The notes beneath the pieces were generated by a model. That model did not search any database and was not told the DNA's origin. It was given only the letters and a program-made list of their open reading frames with translations. Source: Oligoflexia bacterium (lineage in GTDB: Bacteria > Bdellovibrionota_C > UBA2361 > JBGSMV01). From it: a DNA stretch of 64,000 nucleotides. Position 1 is the stretch's first letter. The number at the start of each line of letters is the position of its first letter. The stretch spans positions 35,496-99,495 of the forward strand of contig JAIBBU010000010.1 of NCBI GenBank assembly GCA_019694515.1, read 5' to 3'. The position numbers and the translations under genes are program-made. Below, in pieces: positions 9,183 to 19,065 of this stretch.

Positions 9183-10694
9183 TTGGCCATTATAATCGAT
9201 GACATCTCCAGAACCTTCAGAGAATTCTTGATTCTCCCTGGGCTGACCCGTAAAGAGCATATCCCCGGTAACACCAGCGTTCGCACCCCGATTCAGAGAT
9301 ATAGCAGGGAAAAAGGCCCCGGAATCTGTTTAAACGTACCCTTTACCTCGGCGGCGATGCAGGCCGTGTCGGGAACCGAGCTCGCGATTGCGCTTTCCCG
9401 TAAGGGCGGCTGCAGCTTTATTTATTGTTCGCAGCCGATTGAAGAGCAGGCCGCCATGGTGCGCAAAGTCAAGGAGCACAAGGCTGGATTTGTCGACTCG
9501 GATTCAAACTTACCGGTCTCGGCGACATTGCAGGACGCCGTCGATCTAAGACGCCGGACCGGGCATTCAACCATTGCCATCACAGCCGATGGCGGAAGGC
9601 ACTCGAAGTTGGTGGGAATTCTCACCAGCAAAGATTTTTGGGAATTCAAGGATGATCTTTCGCAGCCGATCAAGAACTATTTCACGCCGCTTGAAAAACT
9701 GGTGTTGGCCGAAGAGGGAATCTCCCTACAAGAAGCCACCGACAAACTTTGGAAACACAAGAAAGAGTGCTTGCCGATTATCGATAAAGATGGCCGGCTG
9801 CGCTCGCTGGTATTTAGACGCGACTATTTTGACCATAAGTCCAATCCGGACGAATTGACCGATGATAAGAAACGGCTTTTTGTGGGTGCCGCTCTAAATA
9901 CCTTCGATTACAAAACCCGAGCGCGCGCATTGGTTGATGCCGGTGCCGATGTGCTGTGTTTCGATTCTTCAGACGGATATTCAGAGTGGCAAACGGAGGC
10001 CGCCCGATATCTGCGGCAAGAATTCGGAGAAAAGATCATTTTAGGCGGCGGCAATGTCGTTACCCGCGAAGGCTTCAGATATCTGGCACAAGAAGCCAAG
10101 CTTGATTTTATTAAGGTTGGCATCGGGGGCGGCTCTATCTGCATTACCCGCGAGCAAAAAGGCATTGGACGTGGACAGGCTTCGGCAGTCCTAGAAGTAG
10201 CAGACGAGCGTGACAAGTACTTTAAGGAAACCGGCATTTACGTGCCGATTTGCTCGGACGGCGGATTGAACAACGACACCGAGATTATTTTGGCGATGGT
10301 TCTCGGTGCCGATTTCGTGATGATGGGGAAATATTTCGCACAAACACATGAGAGTCCTACGCCGAAAATTACCTATAAGAGCAGGGTTTATAAGCCGTAC
10401 TGGGGAGAGGGTTCAAACCGCGCCCGAAACTGGGCGCGATATAAAGAGGGAGAGAGCGGCCCGATGCTGTTTGAGGAAGGTGTTGACGCCTATGTGCCGT
10501 ACAGCGGGCACCTCTCGGACAAGGTCGATATCTCGATCGCTAAGTTGAAGGCCACGATGTGCAACAGCGGAGCTAACAATCTCAAGGAATTTCATCAGAA
10601 CACCCGAGTAACCCGCGTTTCTGAGTTGACGATTGTGGAGGGCGGGGCCTCAACGGTGGAGCAGTTAGATCGCATCTATACTGAACGTGAATAA
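9183..10694 (+). CDS. IMP dehydrogenase (IMPDH/GuaB) family protein with an inserted CBS pair; TTG start proposed (track ORF begins at 9048)
   Basis: Catalytic loop [20 protein letters not shown] (compare GIGPGSICTTR in GuaB), and [25 protein letters not shown] (compare [20 protein letters not shown]). The N-terminus [24 protein letters not shown] (compare [24 protein letters not shown]). A purine-rich stretch precedes the TTG at 9183. It diverges enough from canonical GuaB that I leave the subfamily open. Confidence 0.75.
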   Translation: MAIIIDDISRTFREFLILPGLTRKEHIPGNTSVRTPIQRYSREKGPGICLNVPFTSAAMQAVSGTELAIALSRKGGCSFIYCSQPIEEQAAMVRKVKEHKAGFVDSDSNLPVSATLQDAVDLRRRTGHSTIAITADGGRHSKLVGILTSKDFWEFKDDLSQPIKNYFTPLEKLVLAEEGISLQEATDKLWKHKKECLPIIDKDGRLRSLVFRRDYFDHKSNPDELTDDKKRLFVGAALNTFDYKTRARALVDAGADVLCFDSSDGYSEWQTEAARYLRQEFGEKIILGGGNVVTREGFRYLAQEAKLDFIKVGIGGGSICITREQKGIGRGQASAVLEVADERDKYFKETGIYVPICSDGGLNNDTEIILAMVLGADFVMMGKYFAQTHESPTPKITYKSRVYKPYWGEGSNRARNWARYKEGESGPMLFEEGVDAYVPYSGHLSDKVDISIAKLKATMCNSGANNLKEFHQNTRVTRVSELTIVEGGASTVEQLDRIYTERE

Positions 10695-11092
10695 TGCCGC
10701 CAACTCGCCAGTTCATCCAAAATTGTGCGGCGCTCCAGGGACGCCTTAGGGTAGGTGAGTTGGAGCCGGGGGTGCGTGTCGCCCGCGGCTTTGCGGATCT
10801 GGGATTTGAACTCTTTATGATCTTAAGTCCGCACAAGATGGTCTCACTTTATACCGGGAAGAGTGTCGAAATTGCGGAGACGGAGCATGCTCAGTTGGTG
10901 CCGGTGCCGTCGCCTGACGAACTGGTTGATTTAATCTCCCGTAACAATTTCGATATCGATGGCCTGCATTTTATTGAGCAGCGGTATTGGCGACTGACAT
11001 TAAGAGATGTGAAAAGCGGTGCTCAGCAGCCGTTCGAGGCGGCGACTCTCGAGGAGGTGCTGCTAAAGGGGCTGGTGTATTCTCTAGGGTGA
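10694..11092 (+). CDS. Hypothetical protein, translationally coupled (TAATG overlap) to the IMPDH-family gene
   Basis: 132-aa ORF whose start overlaps the upstream stop. No recognised domain. The true start could be an internal Met (MILSPHKMVSLYTG...). Confidence 0.4.
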   Translation: MPPTRQFIQNCAALQGRLRVGELEPGVRVARGFADLGFELFMILSPHKMVSLYTGKSVEIAETEHAQLVPVPSPDELVDLISRNNFDIDGLHFIEQRYWRLTLRDVKSGAQQPFEAATLEEVLLKGLVYSLG

Positions 11093-11096
11093 ATAG

Positions 11097-11699
11097 ATGT
11101 ATCAAACTGCACCTAAAACTCGCCTGATCTTAGCCTCGGCTTCGCCGCGCCGGAGTCAACTTTTATCGGGAGTTGGCATCAATTATGAAATCATGGCGTC
11201 GGGCTGCGACGAAACACCGCTCGTAAACGAGACTGCTACTGATATGGTTAGACGCCTGGCGCTTGATAAGGCCCGCTTCGTCGCCCGTTCCCACCCCGAT
11301 GCCTGGGTAATCGGTGCGGATACGACAGTGGTGGTGGACGGCGAGATCCTCGGCAAGCCCAACAATCATGCTGATGCCGTTCGCATGCTGTCGCTGCTGC
11401 AGGGCCGCGAGCATCAGGTCGCGGGAGCGTTTGGAATCGTGTGTGCGGCCAGGGCACTGGAGGAGGTTGAGGTGCATACTTCAACAGTTCATATGGTGAA
11501 TCTCGGCAAGGAGGCAGTAGCAGCGTATGTTCACACCGGCGAGCCGATGGACAAGGCGGGGGCCTACGCTATTCAGGGAGTCGGCGCCGGACTGATCGAG
11601 GCGGTCGACGGCTCATATACCAATGTCGTGGGACTTAATCTCTCAGCGCTGCTTAAGAGACTTCTAAAGCTGCAGGTGATTAAGCTTGCTATCCCATGA
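11097..11699 (+). CDS. maf: Maf-like nucleoside triphosphate pyrophosphatase (septum formation protein Maf)
   Basis: LILASASPRRSQLL ... GADTTVVVDGEILGKP ... AYAIQG are Maf family signatures. Confidence 0.9.
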   Translation: MYQTAPKTRLILASASPRRSQLLSGVGINYEIMASGCDETPLVNETATDMVRRLALDKARFVARSHPDAWVIGADTTVVVDGEILGKPNNHADAVRMLSLLQGREHQVAGAFGIVCAARALEEVEVHTSTVHMVNLGKEAVAAYVHTGEPMDKAGAYAIQGVGAGLIEAVDGSYTNVVGLNLSALLKRLLKLQVIKLAIP

Positions 11700-12418
11700 G
11701 CGCATCAGAGCTTAAGGAAGCCTTAGCAGCTGTAGATCATAAAATCCAAGCCGCATGCCGGAAATCGGGAAGAAATCGCGATGAAGTTACCTTGGTCGCG
11801 GTTTCAAAAAGGCAGCCGCTCCAGAAAATGAAGCTCTATGAGCTAGCAGCCGCGGAACTGGAAATCCCGGTGGTCTTCGGCGAGAGCTATGTGCAGGAAC
11901 TTAGCAAGAAAAGCGCGGCGCTGGATGCGACTAGCAATTGTCATCTGATCGGTCCGCTGCAGAAGAATAAGGTGCGTGCCGCCGTGCAGGTAGCAGCGAT
12001 GATTGAAAGTATCCATACCCCGGAGATCGCAGCACTCGTCAGCTCCGAAGCGCTGCGTTTGAGAAAAACGATGCCCGTACTACTTCAGGTCAATATTTCC
12101 CGAGATCCCGCTAAGAGTGGCTTCGCGGAAGAGCAATTGATCAATTTTCTGCGTGCGGAAAGCGCGCAGCTCGGGGGTCTTGAAATTCGGGGTTTGATGA
12201 CGATTACCGAACTGTACACCGAGCCCAGCGCAGCATTGCCGGATTTTAAGGCGCTCAAAGCGCTAGGTGACGCTCTTTCCGGACAGGGATTGCTGCCCCA
12301 GAGTTTTGATTTGAGTATGGGCATGTCGGCAGATTATGTTTTTGCGATCGAAGCCGGCGCTACGCTGATTCGGGTCGGGACGGCGCTTTTCGGCGACCGC
12401 GAGAAGAGATTTGAGTAG
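11696..12418 (+). CDS. yggS: YggS-family PLP-binding protein (PLP homeostasis protein)
   Basis: VTLVAVSKRQP ... IGPLQKNKVRAAV ... LSMGMSADY..AIEAGATLIRVGTALFG. Overlaps maf by 4 nt. Confidence 0.9.
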   Translation: MSASELKEALAAVDHKIQAACRKSGRNRDEVTLVAVSKRQPLQKMKLYELAAAELEIPVVFGESYVQELSKKSAALDATSNCHLIGPLQKNKVRAAVQVAAMIESIHTPEIAALVSSEALRLRKTMPVLLQVNISRDPAKSGFAEEQLINFLRAESAQLGGLEIRGLMTITELYTEPSAALPDFKALKALGDALSGQGLLPQSFDLSMGMSADYVFAIEAGATLIRVGTALFGDREKRFE

Positions 12419-12473
12419 CATGTCGGCGCTGGTTAAGATACTCGAGCCATCTCAATTGTTAAGGTAGTTGCAT

Positions 12474-13187
12474 ATGCTAGAGCTAGCTTCAAAAACGCCC
12501 CCTGAGCTTGCCGGTGCACCCGCGGGAATTTTGAGAGTCTTAGATTCCTCGGAGCCGATCGACCTTAGTTATGCAACCATGCCGTCTCACGGCTACTATA
12601 TCGGGGAGTTCAAGGGCAGGGTTAACACACCGTATGGCCGCACTGAATTTCAGGTACAAGCGCTGCGACCCGCCGGGTTGCTGGGGATCATGCAAGATCT
12701 GCTGGCCTTGGATCCGGTCAGAGCGGGCAAACTTACAGTGCATCATGCCGAACCGCCTACCGCCAGGGTTTTGGATAAGGAAGAGGCGGATGCGCTTCTG
12801 GCGGCATGTCAGCGCCGCAAGAGTACTCATCTGCATACCATTTCCCGGGCCGTTTTAGCCTACCGCGACCAACTGCTGAGTGCCGCTCCGGCCCCCGAGC
12901 TGCTCGATCCCAGCCTGTGGCTCCGGCGTGCGGCGGCGCCCCACGAGTTTGAAGACTATAGCCGTCCAAACGGGGATGACTTTGTACGTTCAGATGGTTT
13001 AGACGGGCTATTGACGGTGCGTCTTATAAACCGTAAATCCTCGCTGGCGGCGCAGCTGTTGGCGGAATCAAAAGATGGGGCTTATTTAGAGCTGCACTAC
13101 CGGGATCAGCTGCTTGATTATAAAGAACTCTTTGAAGGGCGCTGCTTTCCCCGTATCGAATGGTTATACCGCCATCTTTCTTCTTAA
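12474..13187 (+). CDS. Hypothetical protein (no recognised domain)
   Basis: 237-aa ORF. AAGGTAG lies 6 nt upstream of the ATG at 12474. Confidence 0.5.
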   Translation: MLELASKTPPELAGAPAGILRVLDSSEPIDLSYATMPSHGYYIGEFKGRVNTPYGRTEFQVQALRPAGLLGIMQDLLALDPVRAGKLTVHHAEPPTARVLDKEEADALLAACQRRKSTHLHTISRAVLAYRDQLLSAAPAPELLDPSLWLRRAAAPHEFEDYSRPNGDDFVRSDGLDGLLTVRLINRKSSLAAQLLAESKDGAYLELHYRDQLLDYKELFEGRCFPRIEWLYRHLSS

Positions 13188-13344
13188 GATTGCTGTATGT
13201 AACGGGAAGGCGAGGCGCTCTTCAGACCCGCTCTAGGTCAGCAATTAAATCGACATCCCTAGAGTTTTCATAACAATGCACAGCCGCACCAAAATTAGCC
13301 GCTCGATCCCGAGTGGTATCTACCGGCATCGGGGCTTGTGGCGC

Positions 13345-15078
13345 TTAGTTCGGTCGGACGATCTGTACGATCTCACTGGCAGCACTGCGATTTCCTGCCA
13401 GGTCACGAGCCACGATTCGATACTCTACGTGGTCGCGCCCCTCCGGGAATTCCTCAGCAAATCCGGGACGATCCTCAGAGTTGCTTAGTTCAGCAATCAA
13501 CTCGCCATCTCTAAAGATTTCGTAATAATAAACACCTGAACCGGAATCAGCCGGACGATCCCACTCCAAATTTATCTCCACATAAGAGCCCGAGCGCCCA
13601 ATGAATGATTCAATTGCTGCCACCTGCTCCGGCGCAATCCGATCGACCCAAATCTGAATCGCTGTTGATACGCGCGGATGAACGAAAGGATCCTGATTGG
13701 AATCATCGAAATCAAACCCGATGGAGTATCGTCCGTCAGTAATTTCCGCCGGTGGTAAAACAGCGGCAGTCCCCTGCGCAAAGCTGCCCAATGAAAGTGT
13801 CATGTCAGGAAACGAGCGCATGACCCGCCAGCCATCTGGCAACGCAAAGTCAGCCCTGTAAGCGCTGCTGCTTGCGCAGTAGCGGTCTTGGTTATGAAGC
13901 GTTACCGAAAACTCTACTGGAGTCGCCGTTTGGTTGGTGCCATAGGCGCCGGGCCAGTGCCACGAATCGATGCGGACCGGCTGAATATCGCATAGCGGAG
14001 GAGCCTCCATCTCTATCTCGATCTCAGCCGATCTCTTGTTCCTAGATACCACTCTAATCCGCACTCCCCGTTCTGACTCAATAAATTCCTGTCCCAAATC
14101 GAGACGGCTCAGGAGTGCCGTGTAATTGCGGGGCAAGGTTGTATGCACAGAGACCTTCCAGGCATAGGCCTCTTCCAGATCGATTGAATAGCGATCAGCG
14201 GGGGCACGATATGAGATATAGAGTGGAGAGGAAAAAAGGGGATGAGGAATTTTCAATACTTGAGGAAAAGAGCTTGTGCCCGATTGACGTTCGAGCGCTT
14301 CAATTCTGAAACGTCCCGAGTTGTGAACTTCCTGAATTGCTGCTGTGGGGAGCCAGCCCTGTTGGACTTGATGGGGCGCGTTAAAATGTCGCCAACCGAC
14401 GAAGGCGGACCCCATCGGGCAGGAGCGATCTCCGTACTCTCCATATATAGGATCGGTCGCATGTCCAATCCCCAATTGGTGGCCAAGTTCGTGCACTATT
14501 ACGTCCGGCTCTAGATAGTTTGCGGCGCTAATAAAACTTACGCAGCGCATTTGATTGGTACAGCCGCCATCAGTCACGCCAGCCATTGGCAATAGCGAAT
14601 CGCGGGGCACGATAAAGAGAAGATGCTGATAGGGCGTCAACTGCAGGTCCTGTGACAGCGCTGCGGCCTCGGCGCGGTTCTGCCAATTCTGGAGATCAAA
14701 CGGATCGGATCGCGATAACTTCACCGTAATCGCTTCAAAGACATCGGGAGTGAGGTCTCCATTTAGATCGGTATTTAAGCGTAGTCGACCGTGCGAGCTA
14801 GAGAGGAATAGCCCCGTGATGGAATTATTGGCGCTGTCCGTTCCGAACAGCCTCCTCAGTTGCTGCAGATCGTAGACGCCTTCGGCATCGCTAAACTCAA
14901 GTGGAATTACCGCTACAGAATCAGGGATCCAATGCGGTGCGAATGAAGGCACACTTTCCACTGCCGCGTCAGGTCCAGCGGAGAGGGGGCAGGCCCATGC
15001 CGAGTCGTATCTCAGAAGGAGGCTGGCCAATAGCATTAGCCATGGCCAAAAGTGTCTGTTCGAGAGCATTTCTATCAT
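13345..15078 (-). CDS. Secreted zinc metallopeptidase (HEXXH: VIVHELGHQLGIGHA) with a C-terminal FN3-like beta domain
   Basis: N-terminal signal peptide (WPWLMLLASLLL). HELGHQLGIGHATDP is a gametolysin/M11-like zincin motif. The C-terminus GSGVYYYEIFRDGELIAEL...EYRIVARDLAGNRSAAS resembles fibronectin type III. Confidence 0.7.
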   Translation of the reverse strand: MIEMLSNRHFWPWLMLLASLLLRYDSAWACPLSAGPDAAVESVPSFAPHWIPDSVAVIPLEFSDAEGVYDLQQLRRLFGTDSANNSITGLFLSSSHGRLRLNTDLNGDLTPDVFEAITVKLSRSDPFDLQNWQNRAEAAALSQDLQLTPYQHLLFIVPRDSLLPMAGVTDGGCTNQMRCVSFISAANYLEPDVIVHELGHQLGIGHATDPIYGEYGDRSCPMGSAFVGWRHFNAPHQVQQGWLPTAAIQEVHNSGRFRIEALERQSGTSSFPQVLKIPHPLFSSPLYISYRAPADRYSIDLEEAYAWKVSVHTTLPRNYTALLSRLDLGQEFIESERGVRIRVVSRNKRSAEIEIEMEAPPLCDIQPVRIDSWHWPGAYGTNQTATPVEFSVTLHNQDRYCASSSAYRADFALPDGWRVMRSFPDMTLSLGSFAQGTAAVLPPAEITDGRYSIGFDFDDSNQDPFVHPRVSTAIQIWVDRIAPEQVAAIESFIGRSGSYVEINLEWDRPADSGSGVYYYEIFRDGELIAELSNSEDRPGFAEEFPEGRDHVEYRIVARDLAGNRSAASEIVQIVRPN

Positions 15079-15267
15079 TATACCCCACTATCCAGACCGC
15101 AGTGAAATGAACAATTTCGCCGCACCTTGATCAGGTGCAGAAGGAGCAAAGTAGGTTGTCCCGCTGCAGATACACAGGTACGCGCAACTCAGCGGATTGC
15201 TTTGACTCGTCTACATATACCTTGACTTCCACGGGGTTTGGGTTCTCAATAACTAAAGAGATACGTT

Positions 15268-15909
15268 ATGAAACGCGTGAAATCAGCGGCAGTAGTGTTG
15301 CATTCTCGCAAGCGGTCAAAACAGCGCGGCGAGATTGTGAAGCGCAAGGAGCTGCGCGCCGAAATTCAGCAGCCGGGCCAGCTTGAAAATGTGGTTGTTT
15401 ACCCCAGCTTTTTGGCGCAGCTGCATCTTGTGGCGTTGCTGCTAATTTCGTGCGTTTTTACTGTGTATGCTTCTTTGCATTTTTCTTGGGCGACCCAAAC
15501 TCTCACGCTGCCCCATCTCTTCGGGTATGAGATCTCGCTTTATGTTCCGCTCTTTGGATTGATTCCCTTGGTTGTGTTGGGCGCCCTCGCGCATCGCCTG
15601 CTCGATCGCTGCTACATACTGAGTGATGATTATATCTTGGAAATTGAGGGGCGCCTGTCATGGACTTTGCGCACTGTGCGGTTGCGCTATCTGCACATTC
15701 GGGGTCTCGAGCTCGATCGCACCATTTGGCAGCACCTCTTGGATATCGGGGACCTGCGAGTCGGCGGAGAGATCTCTCCTGAAGATACCGACGTAGTGAT
15801 GTATGGAATCTACAAGCCCCAGCGTTATAAAGATCTGATTAAGGAGCGTATTGATCTTAAGCTCAAGACTTTGACTAACCCCACGAGCTATCGCCTGGTC
15901 GGAGGCTAG
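15268..15909 (+). CDS. Membrane protein with a bacterial PH (bPH_2/YdbT-like) domain
   Basis: Two predicted TM helices are followed by YILSDDYILEIEGRLSWTLRTVRLRYLHIRGLELDRTIWQHLLDIGDLRV, which is typical of membrane-anchored bacterial PH domains. Confidence 0.5.
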   Translation: MKRVKSAAVVLHSRKRSKQRGEIVKRKELRAEIQQPGQLENVVVYPSFLAQLHLVALLLISCVFTVYASLHFSWATQTLTLPHLFGYEISLYVPLFGLIPLVVLGALAHRLLDRCYILSDDYILEIEGRLSWTLRTVRLRYLHIRGLELDRTIWQHLLDIGDLRVGGEISPEDTDVVMYGIYKPQRYKDLIKERIDLKLKTLTNPTSYRLVGG

Positions 15910-16123
15910 AGGAGCTGATCCTTTTCCGAGCGCGTCGACCTTCCTCGCCTTCTATCGCCGTCTTGATTGATGAAACTTAGGTTCAACTATAGCCCCTTCT
16001 TTCTGGCATGACCCCACGAATATTTTCCGCGCTGCGTAGTAAGCAGCGCTTTTGTTAGATTGACTCTAGAAGAGCAGAAAGAAAATTGAGATCATAGCCG
16101 ATAGTCATTTTCAGGGATTTTAT

Positions 16124-16546
16124 ATGGCTTTTCCAAAGATGCCGGATATCGCTTCGGTGATGACTCCGGTCCCGCATTTTGTTGGTCCTGAAACCAGCCT
16201 GGCCGAGGCTGTGCGGATCATGTATGCGCAGGAAATTCGGCATCTGCCTGTATGTCAGGCCGGGCGGGTCCTGGGACTTTTGTCAGATCGCGACGCTAAA
16301 CTTGCGCAGGCGGTGCTAAAGGGGCGGCTCGACGAAAGCAAACTTACGGTTGCTGATGTTTGTAATGCGGATCCTTATGTCGTTTCCCCCGATGAACGAC
16401 TGGATCGAGTAGTCGCGCATATGTACAAGAATCACATCGGCTCATCTGTGGTAGTGCGGCGCGATAAGCTGGTCGGAATATTTACAGTTTCCGATGTATG
16501 CCGGGAGATGACCGATCTTTTGCGTCGGCATTATCCTGACGCCTAG
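16124..16546 (+). CDS. CBS-pair domain protein
   Basis: Two CBS motifs (IRHLPVCQAGRVLGLLSDRD ; IGSSVVVRRDKLVGIFTVSD). Confidence 0.8.
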   Translation: MAFPKMPDIASVMTPVPHFVGPETSLAEAVRIMYAQEIRHLPVCQAGRVLGLLSDRDAKLAQAVLKGRLDESKLTVADVCNADPYVVSPDERLDRVVAHMYKNHIGSSVVVRRDKLVGIFTVSDVCREMTDLLRRHYPDA

Positions 16547-16727
16547 GTGAAAGACGCAATCACCCCCACGGTTGCATTGTACAAGTTACGGAACTCGAGA
16601 ACAAAATTCCGCTCATGCCAAGGCAGGCCTTCGCGTTGCTCGCAATGGCAGGGCTGAGCGCACGGAAAAACTAATAGCTGCTCCGAGAAGGCACACCAGA
16701 ACGATTTAATGCCAGGGCCTTAGCGCT

Positions 16728-17141
16728 CTACAGAAACAGTTCGCGCGAGGCGCGCAGCACATCAATATAGCTTACAATTCCTCGCAGCCGGCCGTTCTCG
16801 CCATCCACTACCGGAATTGCACCAACTTTGTATTCGACCATCAAATCGATCGCATCGCCGATCTCACTTTCGGTATCGATTGAAATCACATCGCTGCTCA
16901 TGTGGCGGCTGACCGGTTGATCGAGACGTTTCTCGAGGGCTTCTTCCTCGGACTCCAGCGGCGCCAGCAGAATGCGGCCCAGATCGCGGTCGCTGATAAT
17001 GCCGATTAGTTCGTTTTCGTCCACCACCGGAATATGCCGCACCTCAAATTCAGCCATTTTGTCCCTAACCTCACGCAAGGTGGCGGTTGGTCCAACACTG
17101 ACCGGATTAAGACTCATTATTTCATGAACTGATTTGACCAT
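16728..17141 (-). CDS. CBS-pair domain protein
   Basis: VRHIPVVDENELIGIISDRD ... VGAIPVVDGENGRLRGIVSYID. Confidence 0.8.
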   Translation of the reverse strand: MVKSVHEIMSLNPVSVGPTATLREVRDKMAEFEVRHIPVVDENELIGIISDRDLGRILLAPLESEEEALEKRLDQPVSRHMSSDVISIDTESEIGDAIDLMVEYKVGAIPVVDGENGRLRGIVSYIDVLRASRELFL

Positions 17142-17195
17142 CGCTAATTACCTCCATCCGCTAAAAGCTTCGTATCTAAACCCAAATAAAAAAAT

Positions 17196-17600
17196 CTAGT
17201 AGTCGGCAAAGATGCCACGCAGCCCATGCTGACCAGTCTCCATTCCGCCTTGCGCGGGAACCCAGAGCGAAAGTAGAACGACGGCTAATAGGAGCGCTAC
17301 GCCGAGCCCGGCAATGGAGCGCCTCAATACTAACTGCGGGGTACCAGCATGACCCCAGGCCTGGGCTTTGATGAATGACCAGTGTAGCCAAAGATGCACC
17401 ACCATCAGCCCCACCAGCACCATGGCGAAATAGAAATGTATTTCCGACCAGCTATGGCGCGCTAAGGACAGCCAGGTCAGCCCCATACGGCCACTGCCGG
17501 GCGGCAGCGTATAAGCCAGCACCAAACCGGTAGCGACTACCAGGATTGCGCAGAAAAACGATATGGAATCCACGCCGGAATTGATGATACTTTTTTTCAT
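17196..17600 (-). CDS. Small polytopic membrane protein (DUF4405-like)
   Basis: 134 aa with 3 or 4 predicted TM helices. The domain assignment is tentative. Confidence 0.45.
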   Translation of the reverse strand: MKKSIINSGVDSISFFCAILVVATGLVLAYTLPPGSGRMGLTWLSLARHSWSEIHFYFAMVLVGLMVVHLWLHWSFIKAQAWGHAGTPQLVLRRSIAGLGVALLLAVVLLSLWVPAQGGMETGQHGLRGIFADY

Positions 17601-17743
17601 CTATGCAGCTCTAATTCGGCATCTCATTAGTAAGCATGTTTGCCGATAATATCAATGCTTACTTTTTATTTGAGGCATCAGATCTTTTTCTTCAGCGTGT
17701 TCAAGCGCTGTAATAGACTCAAGTTGCCACAAAGGTTTTATCT

Positions 17744-19039
17744 ATGGACGATTGGAAATCAAAAGCGGTTGCTCCCGGCGATTGCATCAAGCTCTTAAAG
17801 AATAACAATAACGTATACATTCACGGCGCGGCTGCTACGCCCACGCCGTTGTTGCAGGCACTTTCGGATAACCACGACCTGCATGGACTCAAGCTTTTTC
17901 ATCTGCATCTTGAAGGGCAGGTGCCATTTGCTGAAGGCGATCGATCAGAGGGCGCGCTCTCGGTCTCCATGTTTACCGGCCCGGCGCTGCGGGCGCCGAT
18001 CGCAGCGGGCCATGCTGATTACATGCCGGTATTTCTCTCTGATATCCCGGGATTGTTTCGCAGCGGACAGATTCCGCTGGATGCTGCGCTATTGCAGCTT
18101 TCGCCGCCGGATTCGCATGGTTTCTGCTCGCTAGGGACTTCGGTTGATACTGCGCGGGCCGCGGCTGACTCGGCCAAGCTGATCATTGCGGAAATTAATA
18201 TGCGGATGCCGCGCACACACGGCAGCACCCTCGTAAAATTTGATGACATTGATGCCTTCACGATTTCTGATCGTCCCTTAATTGAGCATCAACCTCGGCC
18301 TGAAACTCCGGTAGACGGCAGAATTGGGGAGCTGATTGCAAATCTAATTGAAGACCGTTCGACCTTGCAGGTTGGTGTCGGAGCCATTCCGGATGCGGTT
18401 CTTTCCCGGCTACGAGGTAAAGCCGATTTGGGCGTGCATACCGAGACCTTTTCAGATGGCTTGGTGGAGTTGGTGCGGCTGGGAGTCGTTACGAACCGCT
18501 ATAAGGCTCTTTCGCCAGGGCGTATCGTGACCAGTTTTGTTTCTGGATCGCGCGGGGTATTAGATTTTGTGGACGATAATCCGCTTGTACATTTCTTGCC
18601 TTGTGATGAAACCAACGACACGGCTCTGATCCGGAAGAACGATAGGGTAGTTGCGGTTAATTCGGCTATACAGATCGATCTCAGTGGACAGGTTTGCGCC
18701 GACTCGATTGGGCATAAGATCTATTCGGGAATTGGAGGGCAGGTGGATTTTATCCGGGGCGCCGCGCTTTCAAAAGGCGGCAAGCCGATCATCGCATTGC
18801 CATCGACTGCACAGAAGGGGACTGTCTCCAGGATCGTAATGGAGCTTAGTCCGGGAGCGGGCGTCGTAACAACTCGCGGACATATCCACTGGGTGGTAAC
18901 CGAGTACGGCGCGGTAAATTTGCACGGCAAGACACTGCGTCAGCGAGCTGAATTGCTGATCTCGATCGCCCATCCAGACTTCAGGCAGGAGCTGCGTTCG
19001 ACCTTAGCCGGAGTGCGTCATTTTGTGGTTGGCGAGTAG
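17744..19039 (+). CDS. Acetyl-CoA hydrolase/transferase family protein (4-hydroxybutyrate/succinyl-CoA:acetate CoA-transferase-like)
   Basis: 431 aa. N-terminal KLLKNNNNVYIHGAAATPTPLLQAL and C-terminal YSGIGGQVDFIRGAALSKGGKPIIALPST are family signatures. Confidence 0.85.
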   Translation: MDDWKSKAVAPGDCIKLLKNNNNVYIHGAAATPTPLLQALSDNHDLHGLKLFHLHLEGQVPFAEGDRSEGALSVSMFTGPALRAPIAAGHADYMPVFLSDIPGLFRSGQIPLDAALLQLSPPDSHGFCSLGTSVDTARAAADSAKLIIAEINMRMPRTHGSTLVKFDDIDAFTISDRPLIEHQPRPETPVDGRIGELIANLIEDRSTLQVGVGAIPDAVLSRLRGKADLGVHTETFSDGLVELVRLGVVTNRYKALSPGRIVTSFVSGSRGVLDFVDDNPLVHFLPCDETNDTALIRKNDRVVAVNSAIQIDLSGQVCADSIGHKIYSGIGGQVDFIRGAALSKGGKPIIALPSTAQKGTVSRIVMELSPGAGVVTTRGHIHWVVTEYGAVNLHGKTLRQRAELLISIAHPDFRQELRSTLAGVRHFVVGE

Positions 19040-19065
19040 CCCGAGAGCAGCTCCTCGCCGCATCA

